Below are positions 13,213 to 25,099 of a DNA stretch of 64,000 bases, piece after piece. The notes under the pieces are model-generated. The model did no database searches. It was not told the DNA's origin and worked only from the letters and a program-made list of their open reading frames with translations. Numbering within the stretch: position 1 is the first letter of the stretch; each line of letters starts with the position of its first letter. Made by a program: the position numbers and the translations under genes. This DNA is from Leucoraja erinacea (Eukaryota). The stretch spans positions 34,906,001 to 34,970,000 of the forward strand of contig NC_073391.1 of assembly GCF_028641065.1 (NCBI RefSeq), given 5' to 3'.

Positions 13213-13907
13213 CTGGGGGAGAGATGACTGTCAGTGAGCAAACGGTCCCATACGCAGAGCAGTGGCAGAGCACCAGGCACCGGCCTTCAAAACACCGGCT
13301 CAAACACCCTGTGCAACCGTAATGTAATGTATTGCCCCAACCTTTATACTCAAGTCCCTGACGGGTGAAGGGCCGCGTGAACAAAGATACCTCCCCCACC
13401 TCGCCTACCTGTGAAGCCACTCTCTGGGAAACTTGGAAGAACATGTATGAAATAAAAATAATAGCTCAGGGTCAACAGAAGCCTCTCACAAGGCACTCGA
13501 TGGCCTATCCTTACGCCAAGCAGACCACAGGATTACATGTTGCCAAGTGTGATTACTCGGTTACCGAAGGCCACGTTGGGTGTTTAAAAGAAGGAGATTT
13601 TTTGTCAAGAGTCTTTTCACAGATCCTTCATTTCTTCTTATTTAGCATCAACGATGCCAGAGAAAAGGTCGAGAGCTTCGAGTTACAAGTGGCGAATATC
13701 ATCAAACATTTGTCTTGGGTCAACAGCCAAAAAGGTAACTCACCGCCTCACTATTATCACAAGACTAATGTGGCCAACTTCTACAAATGCACCACAGAGA
13801 GCACGCTGTCAGGTGCATCACAGCTTGGTTTGGGAACAGCTCTACCCAAGACCACAAGAAGTTGCAGAGAGTTGTGGGTGTGGCCCAGACCATCACACAG
13901 ACCAGAC

Positions 13908-15517
13908 CAAAGAACTTATAGCGAAGCAAGATAGGCTACTCCTGCTAAATGCAATGGACTGACGTGTAGTACGCTATGGAGGGGATCATGGGCATTTTCC
14001 ACGCCCATTTTAGCAACCTGAGCCTACCTAACCCGACCCGACTCGCAGTGTAATCAATGTTGCGGGGCAACAGTTTGTGTGGGTCAGATTCATAAATCTG
14101 TCAGTTCAAACTTCTTGTCAAGAATAAAATTTGATTCTGGTAATTGTCTTTTTTAATGTTTTTTTTAAATCATTTCTTTTTAAATGGCTCACAAGCAGTG
14201 TTGAGTTGATTTTGTAGTAACCCGAACCGACCCGACTCGCACGGTGATTGACAGGGGGGGACTTTTTGTGCGTGATATAGGGTTAGATTCATAATTCTGT
14301 TAGTTCATAATTCTGTTGATTCTTGTTCAGGAATAAAATGTTTATAAACACACATACATGAAAATTATATAAATGTATATAACACACACAATTATATTTC
14401 TTCTAATCCAATAATGAACTTTATTTCAGACTAGACAAGGGACATTAAATAAGAAACATTATAAATAAGAAACATTGTCTTGGGGCACTCCCTCTCCCCG
14501 CTGCCCCGGGCCCCGCACTCTCTCTCCCCGCTGCCCCGGGCCCCGCACTCTCTCTCCCCGCACTCTCTCTCCTCTCTCCCGCGCTGCCCCGGGCCCCGCA
14601 CTCCCTGTCCCCGCTGCCCCGGGCCCCTCACTCCTTCTCCCCGCTGACCCGCACTCCTTCTCCCCGCTGCCCCGGGCCCCTCACTCTCTCTCCCCCCTGC
14701 CCCGGGCCCCGCACCCCCTCTCCCCGCTGCCCCGGGCCCCTCACTCTCTCTCTCCCGCACTCCCTCCCCCCGCTGCCCCGGGGCCCCGCACTCTCTCTCC
14801 CCGCTGCACCGGGCCCCGCACTCTCTCTCCCCCGCTGCCCCGGGCCCGCACTCACTCTCCCCGCTGACCCGGGCCCCGCACTCCTTCTCCCCCGCTGCCC
14901 CGGGCCCCGCACTCCCTCTCCCCGCTGCCCCGGGCCCCGCACTCCCTCCCCCCGCTGCCCCGGACCCCGCACTCTCTCTCCCCGCTGCCCCGGACCCCGC
15001 ACTCTCTCTCCCCGCTGCCCCGGGCCCCGCACTCCCTCTCCCCGCTGCCCCGGGCCCCGCACTCTCTCTCCCCGCACTCCCTCTCCCCGCTGCCCCGGAC
15101 CCCGCACTCTCTCTCCCCGCACTCTCTCTCTCCCCGTTGCCCCGGACCCCGCACTCTCTCTCCCCGCTGCCCCGGGCCCCGCACTCTCTCTCCCCGCTGC
15201 CCCGCACTCCTTCTCCCCACTGCCCCGCACTCTCTCTCCCCGCTGCCCCGCACTCCTTCTCCCCGCTGCCCCGCACTCTCTCTCCCCGCTGCCCCGGACC
15301 CCGCACTCTCTCTCCCCGCTGCCCCGGGCCCCGCACTCCTTCTCCTCGCTGCGGATCCAATCTTTGGCCGGAAGCAAGAAGGCGGGAGCAAGAAAGCGGA
15401 GCAAGATGGCGGAGTCAGGTTGCTAAAATGTGTCCTATAATCACCCATGAATCCGCCCATGAGCGTACCTCACTTTTGCGTGAGAGTAACCCATCTTGCT
15501 TCGCTATAAGATCTTTG
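13908..15517. mobile_element. Non-autonomous DNA transposon, P-superfamily-like
   Basis: 34-bp TIRs CAAAGA(A/T)CTTATAGCGAAGCAAGAT..., 8-bp TSD GACCAGAC (13900-13907, 15518-15525), subterminal inverted repeat CATTTTAGCAACCTGA; interrupts a LINE remnant. Confidence 0.85.
14483..15350. repeat. GC-rich minisatellite (~30-bp unit CCCCGCTGCCCCGGGCCCCGCACTCTCTCT) inside the transposon
   Basis: Direct tandem repeats. Confidence 0.95.
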
Positions 15518-15685
15518 GACCAGACTCCCCACCATTGACGTCATCTACACTTTTCGGAAAGCAGCCAACATAATGAAAAACCACTCTCGCCCTGGTCACT
15601 CCCCTTTCTCCCCTCTTTGTTTAGGCAGAAGAAACAAAAGCTTGAAAGCACATACCACCAGATTCAGGAACACCATCACCCCCCC

Positions 15686-15716
<31 letters not shown>

Positions 15717-16142
15717 ACCCCGCTGTTATCAGACGACTGAATGGTCCTCCCATAAACTAGGGTGCAGCCCCGATCTTCAAACCTACCTCATTGGTGACAT
15801 TGGAGTTTTCATCTGCAATTGTAAAGCTGTAAATGCTGTAACATTAGTCTGCTGCAACACTGTATTTTACTTTGCACTACCTGTTGTTCCTGCGTATGCT
15901 ATGGTTGTACTTGTGCATTGTGTAATTTGGCGGGATAGCATGCAAAGTGTTTCACTGTATCTCGGTACATGAGACAACAATAAACTGATACCAAAAACCT
16001 GCAGCGTGAGGCACCAATGTCCCGGAGAGAAGGGTGACATAGTAAGGGTCCAATATTCAGATTGGAAATACTTGGAGACACCAAAGGACCCAGGAGGTTG
16101 GAGCACTTGCAGATACAGACAATCAGCGGGGCCCTGAGTGAG

Positions 16143-16176
<34 letters not shown>

Positions 16177-16236
16177 GCAGTGTCCCTGAGAGGGGACAAT
16201 AAAATGAGTGAGCAAAACTGATGATCAAATACCTAC

Positions 16237-16287
16237 CCATTTATTGAATAAAATATCCGTTCATATTCAGACTCACTGAGGTACAAT
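16237..16287 (-). CDS. GGH: GGH-like copy A, exon 4 (LYLSESEYERIFYSING)
   Basis: 51 nt, ccccag| and |GTAGGT; SING motif. Confidence 0.9.
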
Positions 16288-17138
16288 CTGGGGAGAACAA
16301 GGAACCTCGATGAAACCGTCATCCCCGTGAATAACCCCCAATGTTATTTGTTTCCTGGTCCTGATTGCCATTGCAACCCAACTATAACTTTTATCCATAA
16401 CCCGCTCCAACCTCTGTCCACATCCCCAACCCTGTTGCCCCAACCCATTTCCAACTCAACCCTTATGACCCCAAACTCACTCCCAACATAATCAGCCCTA
16501 TCCCACATCCCCTACTCTGTTACCTTCCCCCAATTCCAGTCTCATCCCCATTCTTAGCCCAATTATATCCCTTCCCCAAATTCCCTCCCTGCCAAGATGT
16601 AACATTTCTAAAACACAAAAGTTGGCATAACTGACCTTTCCATCTACTCATCTTCCATAGAGCATCTCATCCACCACAGGAACAGGCCCTTCAGCCCGCT
16701 AAGTCCGTGCACAACAGGATCCCAAGACCAACTATTCTGTGCCTCCTTTTTTAGCACTGAGGGTGGTGAGGTTTTGACATGCACTGACGGGTAGGTGGTA
16801 GAGGCAGTTACAATAGGGACATTTAAGACGTTTTGGGTAGACACGTGGATTTGGAGGGAATGGAGGGAGATGGATCAAGTGCAAACAGATACAATTGGTC
16901 TGGGCACTATGTTTGACACAGATATTGGGGGCCGAGGAGCCTGTTCTAATGCTGTACTGTGCTATGTCGTATGCCCTCTAGTCTTTGACATTTCCACATT
17001 TGGAAAAAGGTTGAGTGTCCACCCTATCTGCACCCTATGTAGTCCCGCTACACCCTTTAACCCCTGATCCTGCACTCCAGGTGGTCAGCCGGGTCAGGCC
17101 CACCTGCCCGGTCAGCAGGACAGTATTGTCATCCCCAC

Positions 17139-17250
17139 CTGACAGGTGTCACCCGGCAGCCAGCCGACTCCAGGTGCTTCACGTTGGGAGCTGCTATGTA
17201 CATCTTTGCTCTAAACGTCAGTTCCTCGCGGGCAAGCTGCACCAAGATAC
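17139..17250 (-). CDS. GGH: GGH-like copy A, exon 3 (ILVQLAREELTFRAKMYIAAPNVKHLESAGCRVTPVR)
   Basis: 112 nt, AG/GT flanks, phase-compatible; YIAA..VK.LESAG.RV.PVR motif. Confidence 0.9.
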
Positions 17251-17662
17251 CTGATGGGACAGAGGAGAGAACAGCTGGCCCATCAACAGTCAGAACCTAT
17301 TCCCCAGATTGGAAACATCGAATGCTATCTGCACTCCATTTGCTCCACCTATTGCTGTTGAGTTTGACTTGTATTCGTGCATAGTATAATTTGATCTGGT
17401 TTGGGTTACGTGCACGACAATGTGCCTCAGTACACGTCACAATAATAAACAGAAACCTGAACCTACAGGAAGCCGTACAGGCTTTGGAGAGGTTGTCGGG
17501 GAGATCGATCTGGAAGCTAAATAAAATGACCCGATCGTATCTACTTCCATCGCCACCTCTAGCAGTGCGTTCCAGGCATTATCTATCCTCTGTGTAAAAA
17601 AAACACTTACCCCGCGCATCTCCTTTAAAATTTTCCCCTTTCACTTTAAACCGATGCCCTTT

Positions 17663-18061
17663 AAGGGGAGGTCTTATAGAAACTTACAACAATCTTAAGG
17701 GATCGGACAGGTTAGATGCAGGAAGATTATTCCCGAGGTTGGGGAAGTCCAGAACTAGGGGGTCACAGTTTAAGGACAAGAGGGAAATCTTTTAGGACCG
17801 AGATGAGAAAATCATTTTTTACACAGAGAGTGGGGAATCTGTGGAATTCTCTGCCACAGAAGGTAGTTGAGGCCAGTTCATTGGCTATATTTAAGAGGGA
17901 GTTAGATGTGGCTCTTGTGGCTAAGGGGATCAGGGGGTATGGAGAGAAGGCAGGTATGGGATACTGAGTTGGATGGTCAGCCATGATCATATTGAATGGC
18001 GGTGCAGGCTCGAAGGGCCGAATAGCCTACTCCTGCACCTATTTTCTATGTTTCTATGTTT
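17663..18061 (+). mobile_element. CR1 LINE 3' fragment
   Basis: FFTQRV.NLWNSLP ORF2 end, 3'UTR, (TTTCTATG)n tail. Confidence 0.9.
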
Positions 18062-21000
18062 AGAAACATAGAAACATAGAAATTAGGTGCAGGAGTAGGC
18101 CATTCGGCCCTTCGAGCCTGCACCGCCATTCAATATGATCATGGCTGATCATCCAACTCAGTATCCCGTACCTGCCTTCTCTCCATACCCCCTGATCCCC
18201 TTAGCCACAAGGGCCACATCTAACTCCCTCTTAAATATAGCCAATGAAGTGGCCTCAACTACCCTCTGTGGCAGAGAGTTCCAGAGATTCACCACTCTCT
18301 GCGTGAAAAAAGTTCTTCTCATCTCGGTTTTAAAGGATTTCCCCTTTATCCTTAAGCTGTGACCCCTTGTCCTGGACTTCCCTAACATCGGGAACAATCT
18401 TCCTGCATCTAGCATGTCCAACCCCTTAAGAATTTCTATAAGTTTGTAAGTTTCTATAAGATCCCCTCTCAATTTTCTAAATTCTAGAGAGTATAAACCA
18501 AGTCTATCCAGTCTTTCTTCATAAGACAGTCCTGACATCCCAGGAACCAGTCTGGTGAACCGTCTCTGCACTCCCTCTATGGCAATAATGTCCTTCCTCA
18601 GATTTGGAGACCAAAACTGTACGCAATACTCCAGGTGTGGTCTCACCAAGACCCTGTACAACTGCAGTAGAACCTCTCTGCTCCTATACTCAAATCCTTT
18701 TGCAATGAAAGCTAACATACCATTCGCTTTCTTTACTGCCTGCTGCACCTGCATGCCTACCTTCAATGACTGGTGTACCATGACACCCAGGTCTCGCTGC
18801 ATCTCCCCCTTTCCCAATCGGCCACCATTTAGATAATAGTCTGCTTTCCTGTTTTTGCCACCAATATGGATAACCTCACGTTTATCCACATTATACTGCA
18901 TCTGCCAAACATTTGCCCACTCACCCAGCCTATCCAAGTCACCTGCAGTCTCCTAGCATCCTCCTCACAGCTAACACTGCCCCCCCAGCTTATTGTCATC
19001 CGCAAACTTGGAGATATTGCCTTCAATTCCCTCATCCAGATCATTAATATATATTGTAAATAGCTGGGGTCCCAGTACTGAGCCTTGGGGTACCCCACTA
19101 GTCACTGCCTGCCATTGTGAAAAGGACCCGTTTACTCCTACTCTTTGCCAGCCAGTTCTCTATCCACATCAATACTGAACCCCCAATGCCTTGTGCTTTA
19201 AGTTTGTATACTAATCTCTTATGTGGGACTTTGTCGAAAGCCTTCTGGAAGTCCAGATACACCACATCCACTGGTTCTCCCCTATCCACGCTACTAGTTA
19301 CATCCTCGAAAAATTCTATAAGATTCGTCAGACATGATTTACCTTTCGTAAATCCATGCTGACTTTGTCCAATGATTTCACCACTTTCCAAATGTGCTGC
19401 TATCCCATCTTTAATAACTGACTCTAGCAGTTTCCCCACTACCGATGTTAGACTAACTGGTCTGTAATTCCCCATTTTCTCTCTCCCTCCCTTCTTAAAA
19501 AGTGGGGTTACGTTTGCTACCCGCCAATCTTCAGGAACTACTCCAGAATCTAAAGAGTTTTGAAAGATTATTACTAATGCATCTATTTCACCACTATTTC
19601 TGGAGCTACTTCTTTAAGTACTCTGGGATGCAGCCTATCTGGCCCTGGGGATTTATCGGCCTTTAATCCATTCAATTTACCCAACACCACTTCCCGGCTA
19701 ACCTGGATTTCACTCAATTCCTCCAACTCCTTTGACCCGCGGTCCCCTGCTATTTCCGGCAAATTATTTATGTCTTCCTTAGTGAAGACGGAACCAAAGT
19801 AGTTATTCAATTGGTCCGCCATATCCTTGTTCCCCATGATCAACTCCCCTGTTTCTGACTGCAAGGGACCTACATTTGTTTTAACTAATCTCTTTCTTTT
19901 CACATATCTATAAAAACTTTTGCAGTCAGTTTTTATGTTCCCTGCCAGTTTTCTTTCATAATCTATTTTTCCTTTCCTAATTAAGCCCTTTGTCCTCCTC
20001 TGCTGGTCTTTGAATTTCTCCCAGTCCTCCGGTATGCTGCTTTTTCTGGCTAATTTGTACGCATCATCCTTCGCTTTGATACTATCCCTGATTTCCCTTG
20101 TTATCCATGGATGTACTACCTTCCCTGATTTATTCTTTTGCCAAACTGGGATGAACAATTTTTGTAGTTCATCCATGCAGTCTTTAAATGTCTTCCATTG
20201 CATATCCACCGTCAACCCCCTTTTAGAATTAATTGCCAGTCAATCTTGGCCAATTCACGTCTCATACCCTCAAAGTTACCTTTCTTTAAGTTCAGAACCA
20301 TTGTTTCTGAATTAACAATGTCACTCTCCATCCTAATGAAGAACTCAACCATATTATGGTCACTCTTGCCCAAGGGGGCACGTACAACAAGATTGCTAAC
20401 TAACCCTTCCTCATTACTCAATACCCAGTCTAAAATAGCCTGCTCTCTCGTTGGTTCCTCTACATGTTGATTTAGATAACTATCCCGCATACATTCCAAG
20501 AAATCCTCTTCCTCAGCACCCCTGCCAATTTGATTCACCCAATCTATATGTAGATTGAAGTCACCCATTATAACCGTTTTGCCTTTGTCGCACGCATTTC
20601 TAATTTCCTGTTTGATACGATCTCCAACCTCACTACTACTGTTAGGTGGCCTGTACACAACACCCACCAGCGTTTTCTGCCCCTTAGTGTTGTGCAGCTC
20701 TACCCATACCGATTCCACATCCTCCAAACTAATGTCCTTCCTTTCCATTGCATTAATCCCCTCTCTAATCAGTAACGCTACCCCACCTCCTTTTCCTTTC
20801 TGTCTATCCCTCCTGAATATTGAATATCCCTGGATGTTCAGCTCCCAGCCTTGGTCACCCTGGAGCCATGTCTCCGTGATCCCAACTATATCATAGTCAT
20901 TAATAGCTATCTGCACATTCAACTCATCCACCTTATTACGAATGCTCCTTGCATTGAGACACAAAGCCTTCAGGCTTGTTTTTACAACACTCTTACCCCT

Positions 21001-22480
21001 TACACAATTATGTTGAAAAGTGGCCCTTTTTGATTTTTGCCCTGGTTTTGTCTGCCTGCCACTTTTACTTTTCACCTTGCTACCTATTTCTTCTACCCTC
21101 ATTTGACACCCTTCGGTCTCTACGCTCACACATTTAAGAAACCCTTTCCCTTTAACTCCATCCTCCACTGTCCCATTCAACACCCCACCCCCCTTATTCA
21201 GTTTAAAGCCACCCGTGTAGCAGTGGCAAACCTGCCTGCCAGAATGCTGGTCCCACACCTGTTAAGATGCAATCCGTCCCTTTTGTACAGTTCCCCCTTA
21301 CCCCCAAAACAGATCCCAGTGATCTAAGAATCTAAATCCCTGCCCCGTGCACCAGATCCTCAGCCACACGTTCAGGTCCCGTATCTCCCTGTTCCTGCTC
21401 TCGCCAGCACGGGGAACTGGAAGCAAACCGGAGATAACAACCCTGGAGGTCCTGCTTTTCAACATTTTTCCGAGCTCTCTAAAGTCACGCTGCAGAATAT
21501 TCATCCCCTTCTTTCCGACATCGTTTGTGCCGACATGCACTCCCACTTCCGGATGTTCACCTTCGCCCTTGAGGATTTTCTGCACTCTGTCCGTGACATC
21601 CTGGATCCTGGCACCGGGAAGGCAGCACACCATCCTCGCATCCCGTCTGTTGCCGCAGAAACCCCTGTCCGTACCTCTCACGATGGAGTCTCCCACTACA
21701 ATGGCCTTGCCTGCCTTAGGCCTTTTTGGTTTTGGCTCAACAGCCCTATTCGCATCACAGGCCAGTCCGCCGCTCACGTCTTCTGTCCCAACAGCTTCTA
21801 AGCGGATGAACCTGTTTACAAGAGGTACACCACCCGGGGGCGGTGGCATTCCATGCTTCCCTCCCTTTCTCACTGTCTCCCACCTTCTCTCTTCCAGTAC
21901 CTTAGGTGTAACAATCGTACTGTAGGACTTGTCGAGGAACGACTCCGTTTCTCGTACGAACCGGAGGTCATCCATTTGCTTCCCCAGTTCCCCAACACGG
22001 CCCTTCAGGAGCTCTACCTGGATGCATTTTTCGCATTTGTAGCAGCCAGAGGCACCAGCGGTGTCCTTGACCTCCCACATACTTGCAAGCATCGCACTGA
22101 ATCAGCTTGCCTGACATCTCCTTCTTTCGTCTCCCTCTCAAGCGTATTGCGTGGTCTCCTCTCCTCAGCCTCCTCTCCGAAGACTCTCGAGCCAAAGACT
22201 CACACTTTTCTCACAGGGCACTAGACTCTCGAGCCAAAGACTCACACTTTTCTCACAGGGCAGACTCTCGAGCCAAAGACTCACACTTTTCTCACAGGGC
22301 ACTTCGCTCACTCACTGCCGCTCGCAAAGAGCTGTCCTGCTTAAATTGACTGATAAATTGCCTGATTTACCAATTTACACAGCCAATTCCTCAGTTTTCA
22401 ACTGTTTTCACCCCTCTCCTCACACTTGGGCTAGAGCCAATCAGTGGTATCTCTTGCTAATCTGTTGCTGCTGTTGTTCC
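18062..22480 (-). mobile_element. Near full-length CR1 LINE in intron 2 of GGH-like copy A
   Basis: ORF1 has a CxxC..CxxC finger and SGNH esterase motifs (VGDSIVR, HVGTND). ORF2 has an APE endonuclease (NARSI, ETWL, YRPP, GDFN, SDH) and RT (QHGF, DFQKAFD). Several frameshifts; (TTTCTATG)n tail. Confidence 0.95.
22181..22301. repeat. Three tandem ~40-bp repeats in the CR1 5'UTR
   Basis: AGACTCTCGAGCCAAAGACTCACACTTTTCTCACAGGGC x3. Confidence 0.9.
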
Positions 22481-22697
22481 TCCCAAATCTACAGCAGTAG
22501 TTTCTAACTTTAAGGTGAGAGGGGCAAGATTTAAGGGAGATGTGTGGTGCAAGTTTTTTTTTGCCATCTTATCTACTTGCGTTGTTACTTTCAGGAGACC
22601 ATGGGACTTCCACCCCAAGATCTTTCTGTACCAAGGGTCCTGCCATTTACCACTGGCCGCAGCTAGCGCAAACCGCCAAGACGCCAACACAACTCAC

Positions 22698-22729
22698 CTA
22701 TCACGGGTCGATCATTCAGGATTCTGCGT
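22698..22729 (-). CDS. GGH: GGH-like copy A, exon 2 (RRILNDRPVIG)
   Basis: ccacag|...ATAG|GTGAGT, 32 nt; the N-D-R-P-x-I-G motif opens the GGH catalytic domain. Confidence 0.85.
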
Positions 22730-23592
22730 CTGTGGAAATGATAGGGATGAGAGTGAGTCTGGTGACGGAGAGAGTCACAGAGACATAAAGTGCTGGAGTA
22801 TGTGGGGTGATAGGGAGATCGGGTTGTGAACAGGAGTAAGACACCGGGGGCGGCAAATTTCTAGACCATATCAGGGGTCTGGTGGCGGTTGGGACTCTAC
22901 ACGGAACCTCTCCATAGACGCTGCCCGACCGGTTGAGTTCCTCCAGCACGTTGTGTCCTGAGAAAGAATCGGCCGAACGGATTACAAACTTCAGAACTGC
23001 CTTCCGACGGCTAGTTCGTGCCATCGTCTTCAAATGGGCCGAGACATCGGGTTGATGACAGCCGCCCGGTCCCTGCAACCCCGGCTCACCGACCGGCCAC
23101 GAGAATACGTCCGTCAGAGCAACTGGCCCGGCCCTAACTCATCCCCACACACTCCCGCCTTCCCGGGAGTCCTGAGGCCGTTTCACCCGCAGCTGAAGTC
23201 CTTTAGACTTTAGAAATACAGCGCGGAAACAAGCCCTTCGGCCCACCGAGTCTATGCCGACCCGTGCACACTAGGAATTATTTACAATTAACAAAAGCCA
23301 ATTAAACTACAAACCTGCTCGTCGTTGGAGTGTGGGAGGAAACCGGAGCACCCGGAGAAATCCCACGCTCAGGGAGGAGGTACAAACTCCGTACTGACAA
23401 CACCTGCAATCAGGATCGAACCCGGGTTTCTGGCAGCTCTCCCACTGCGCAACCGTGCCGACCCGGGCAGCGAGTAAACATAACCCCCCTCCCGCAGCCC
23501 TCTCTCCCCTCGGTGCCCGAGGGCAGTGCCTTGGCGCGGATGGCATCGACCATCCCAACCCGGCCCGGATCGCCCTCTCTGCCACCGCTCAC

Positions 23593-23609
23593 CTGTTGTG
23601 TCCGCTCAT
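23593..23609 (-). CDS. GGH: GGH-like copy A, exon 1 (MSGHN R)
   Basis: cagccATGAGCGGACACAACAG|GTGAGC, 17 nt, phase 2. Same size and context as copy B exon 1; TATTTAA upstream. Confidence 0.75.
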
Positions 23610-23680
23610 GGCTGTGTCCGCTCACGACAGTCTTTTGGGATGTCCCGTTCCGAATACTCTGGGCATAAGGAAGAGGCTGC

Positions 23681-23688
23681 TTAAATAT
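23681..23688 (-). promoter_or_regulatory. TATA-like box (TATTTAA) of GGH-like copy A
   Basis: GATATTTAAGCAGCC about 70 nt upstream of the ATG; conserved in copy B. Confidence 0.55.
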
Positions 23689-24032
23689 CGCCAGAACAAC
23701 GACACTCCCAGTACAGAGCTTCTTGCGTAACTCAGCGAAAGAAACAAAATTAACTCTTGCTGCCTCAGGCTCACAGCCGGGACCTAGCGTGAGAAGCCGG
23801 AGCGAGAAAAAGGCCTGTTTGCAAGAGTGTCATTGGTTTAAAATGCCTACAAAGAGCAACAAACGCAGATTAATTTGTACATTAATTGGCCTCTGTAAAT
23901 TGCCCCTGGAGCAGAGGGAGTAGGTGTGAAAGTGGGAGGAAGGAACTGCAGATGCTGGTTTAAAACGAAGATAGACACAGTTTACTGGAGTAACTCAGCG
24001 GGACAGGCAGTATCTCTGGAGAGAAGGAATGG

Positions 24033-24065
24033 GTGACGTTTCGGGTCGAGACCCTTCTTCAGACA
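24033..24065 (-). ncRNA. Minimal type I hammerhead-ribozyme motif in a Penelope-type terminal repeat
   Basis: Minus strand reads gtCTGAAGA-A-GGGTC-TC-GACCC-GAAA-CGTC-ac: CUGANGA and GAAA core, helix II, palindromic ACGT helix III, GUC site. Activity untested. Confidence 0.65.
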
Positions 24066-24184
24066 TTGCAGGGGTGGGAAGAGCGGTTGTAGATTTCCAC
24101 CATTCTGATTTAGTTTAGTTTAGTTTAGTTTATTGTCACGTGTACCGAGATGCAGTGAAAAGCTTTTGTTGCGTGTTATCCAGT

Positions 24185-24680
24185 CATTCCTAATTATTAT
24201 ACTGTAATCAAGGAAATTTCTTTGTTTTATGGTGAGTTTTAGGTAATGTTCTGATATGCCCAATATTATTAATTTAGGGTCGGGATCCATTTGGATATTG
24301 ACGACTACAGAGATTATTTTAAAAATATTCATCCAGTAATTTTTAATGTTGCAGGCTTTCGTCCCAAGTATCTTTTGCTATAGGTTGAGCTAATTCCTTT
24401 TCCCATGCTGGTCTATAATTCCGTCGACGGATTCTCATTGTCTAAAAATGTATTATAAATGTGAGATATTAATTTGACTGTGTTAGGGTATTTATTCAAA
24501 CATTCATCTGGAAATCTCCGATTCTCTGGTTCAGTATTCTCGTGTATGTGTTTTAACATAATCTTTAAGTAGTAAATATCTAAAAAAATTATTTGAATCC
24601 GTAATTCTGTTGTAACTCCTGAAACGAGAGCAAAATACCATTTATATAAAGATGTTTCCCATATTTTCTATCTTTGCCTC
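24185..24680 (-). mobile_element. Degenerate L1/Tx1-type LINE ORF2 C-terminal fragment
   Basis: AT-rich; P..PKLIILG...FLDYSIII resembles the fish L1 C-terminus. Confidence 0.5.
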
Positions 24681-25099
24681 TTAACCCCATTCTCCCGCCT
24701 TCTCCCAAGAACCTATGACACCCGTACTAACTAAGAATCTATCTGTCTCTACCCTATTGACTTCCACAGACCTCCACAGCCTTCTGAACACACATCCTTG
24801 TGGGGCACAACCAACATCAAATTTCAAACCTCACAGACACACCACCCGCTTTGTTACCTGCCCACGCGTTTTCCTTCCGCTTGCATCCCCACTGATGTGC
24901 TGCTGCTGGCTTCCATCCAATCGCATTCTGTACATGTTCTTTCTTGACACTGACTCATTGCCCACATAATCACCTGCCGACCTTTATTTCGACATCGTGA
25001 GTTTCAAATTACCGGAATCCTTTCCCAACCAACCTCTCATAACTAATTTCCAAGGTTTCCAGCTGCTTTGAAAGGGCATGAATGATGCGAGTTCCCAAG

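Noticed and set aside
14431-15460. Long ORFs of 200-300 aa (GAAGRESAG repeats)
   Set aside because: They are translations of a stop-free GC minisatellite inside a transposon.
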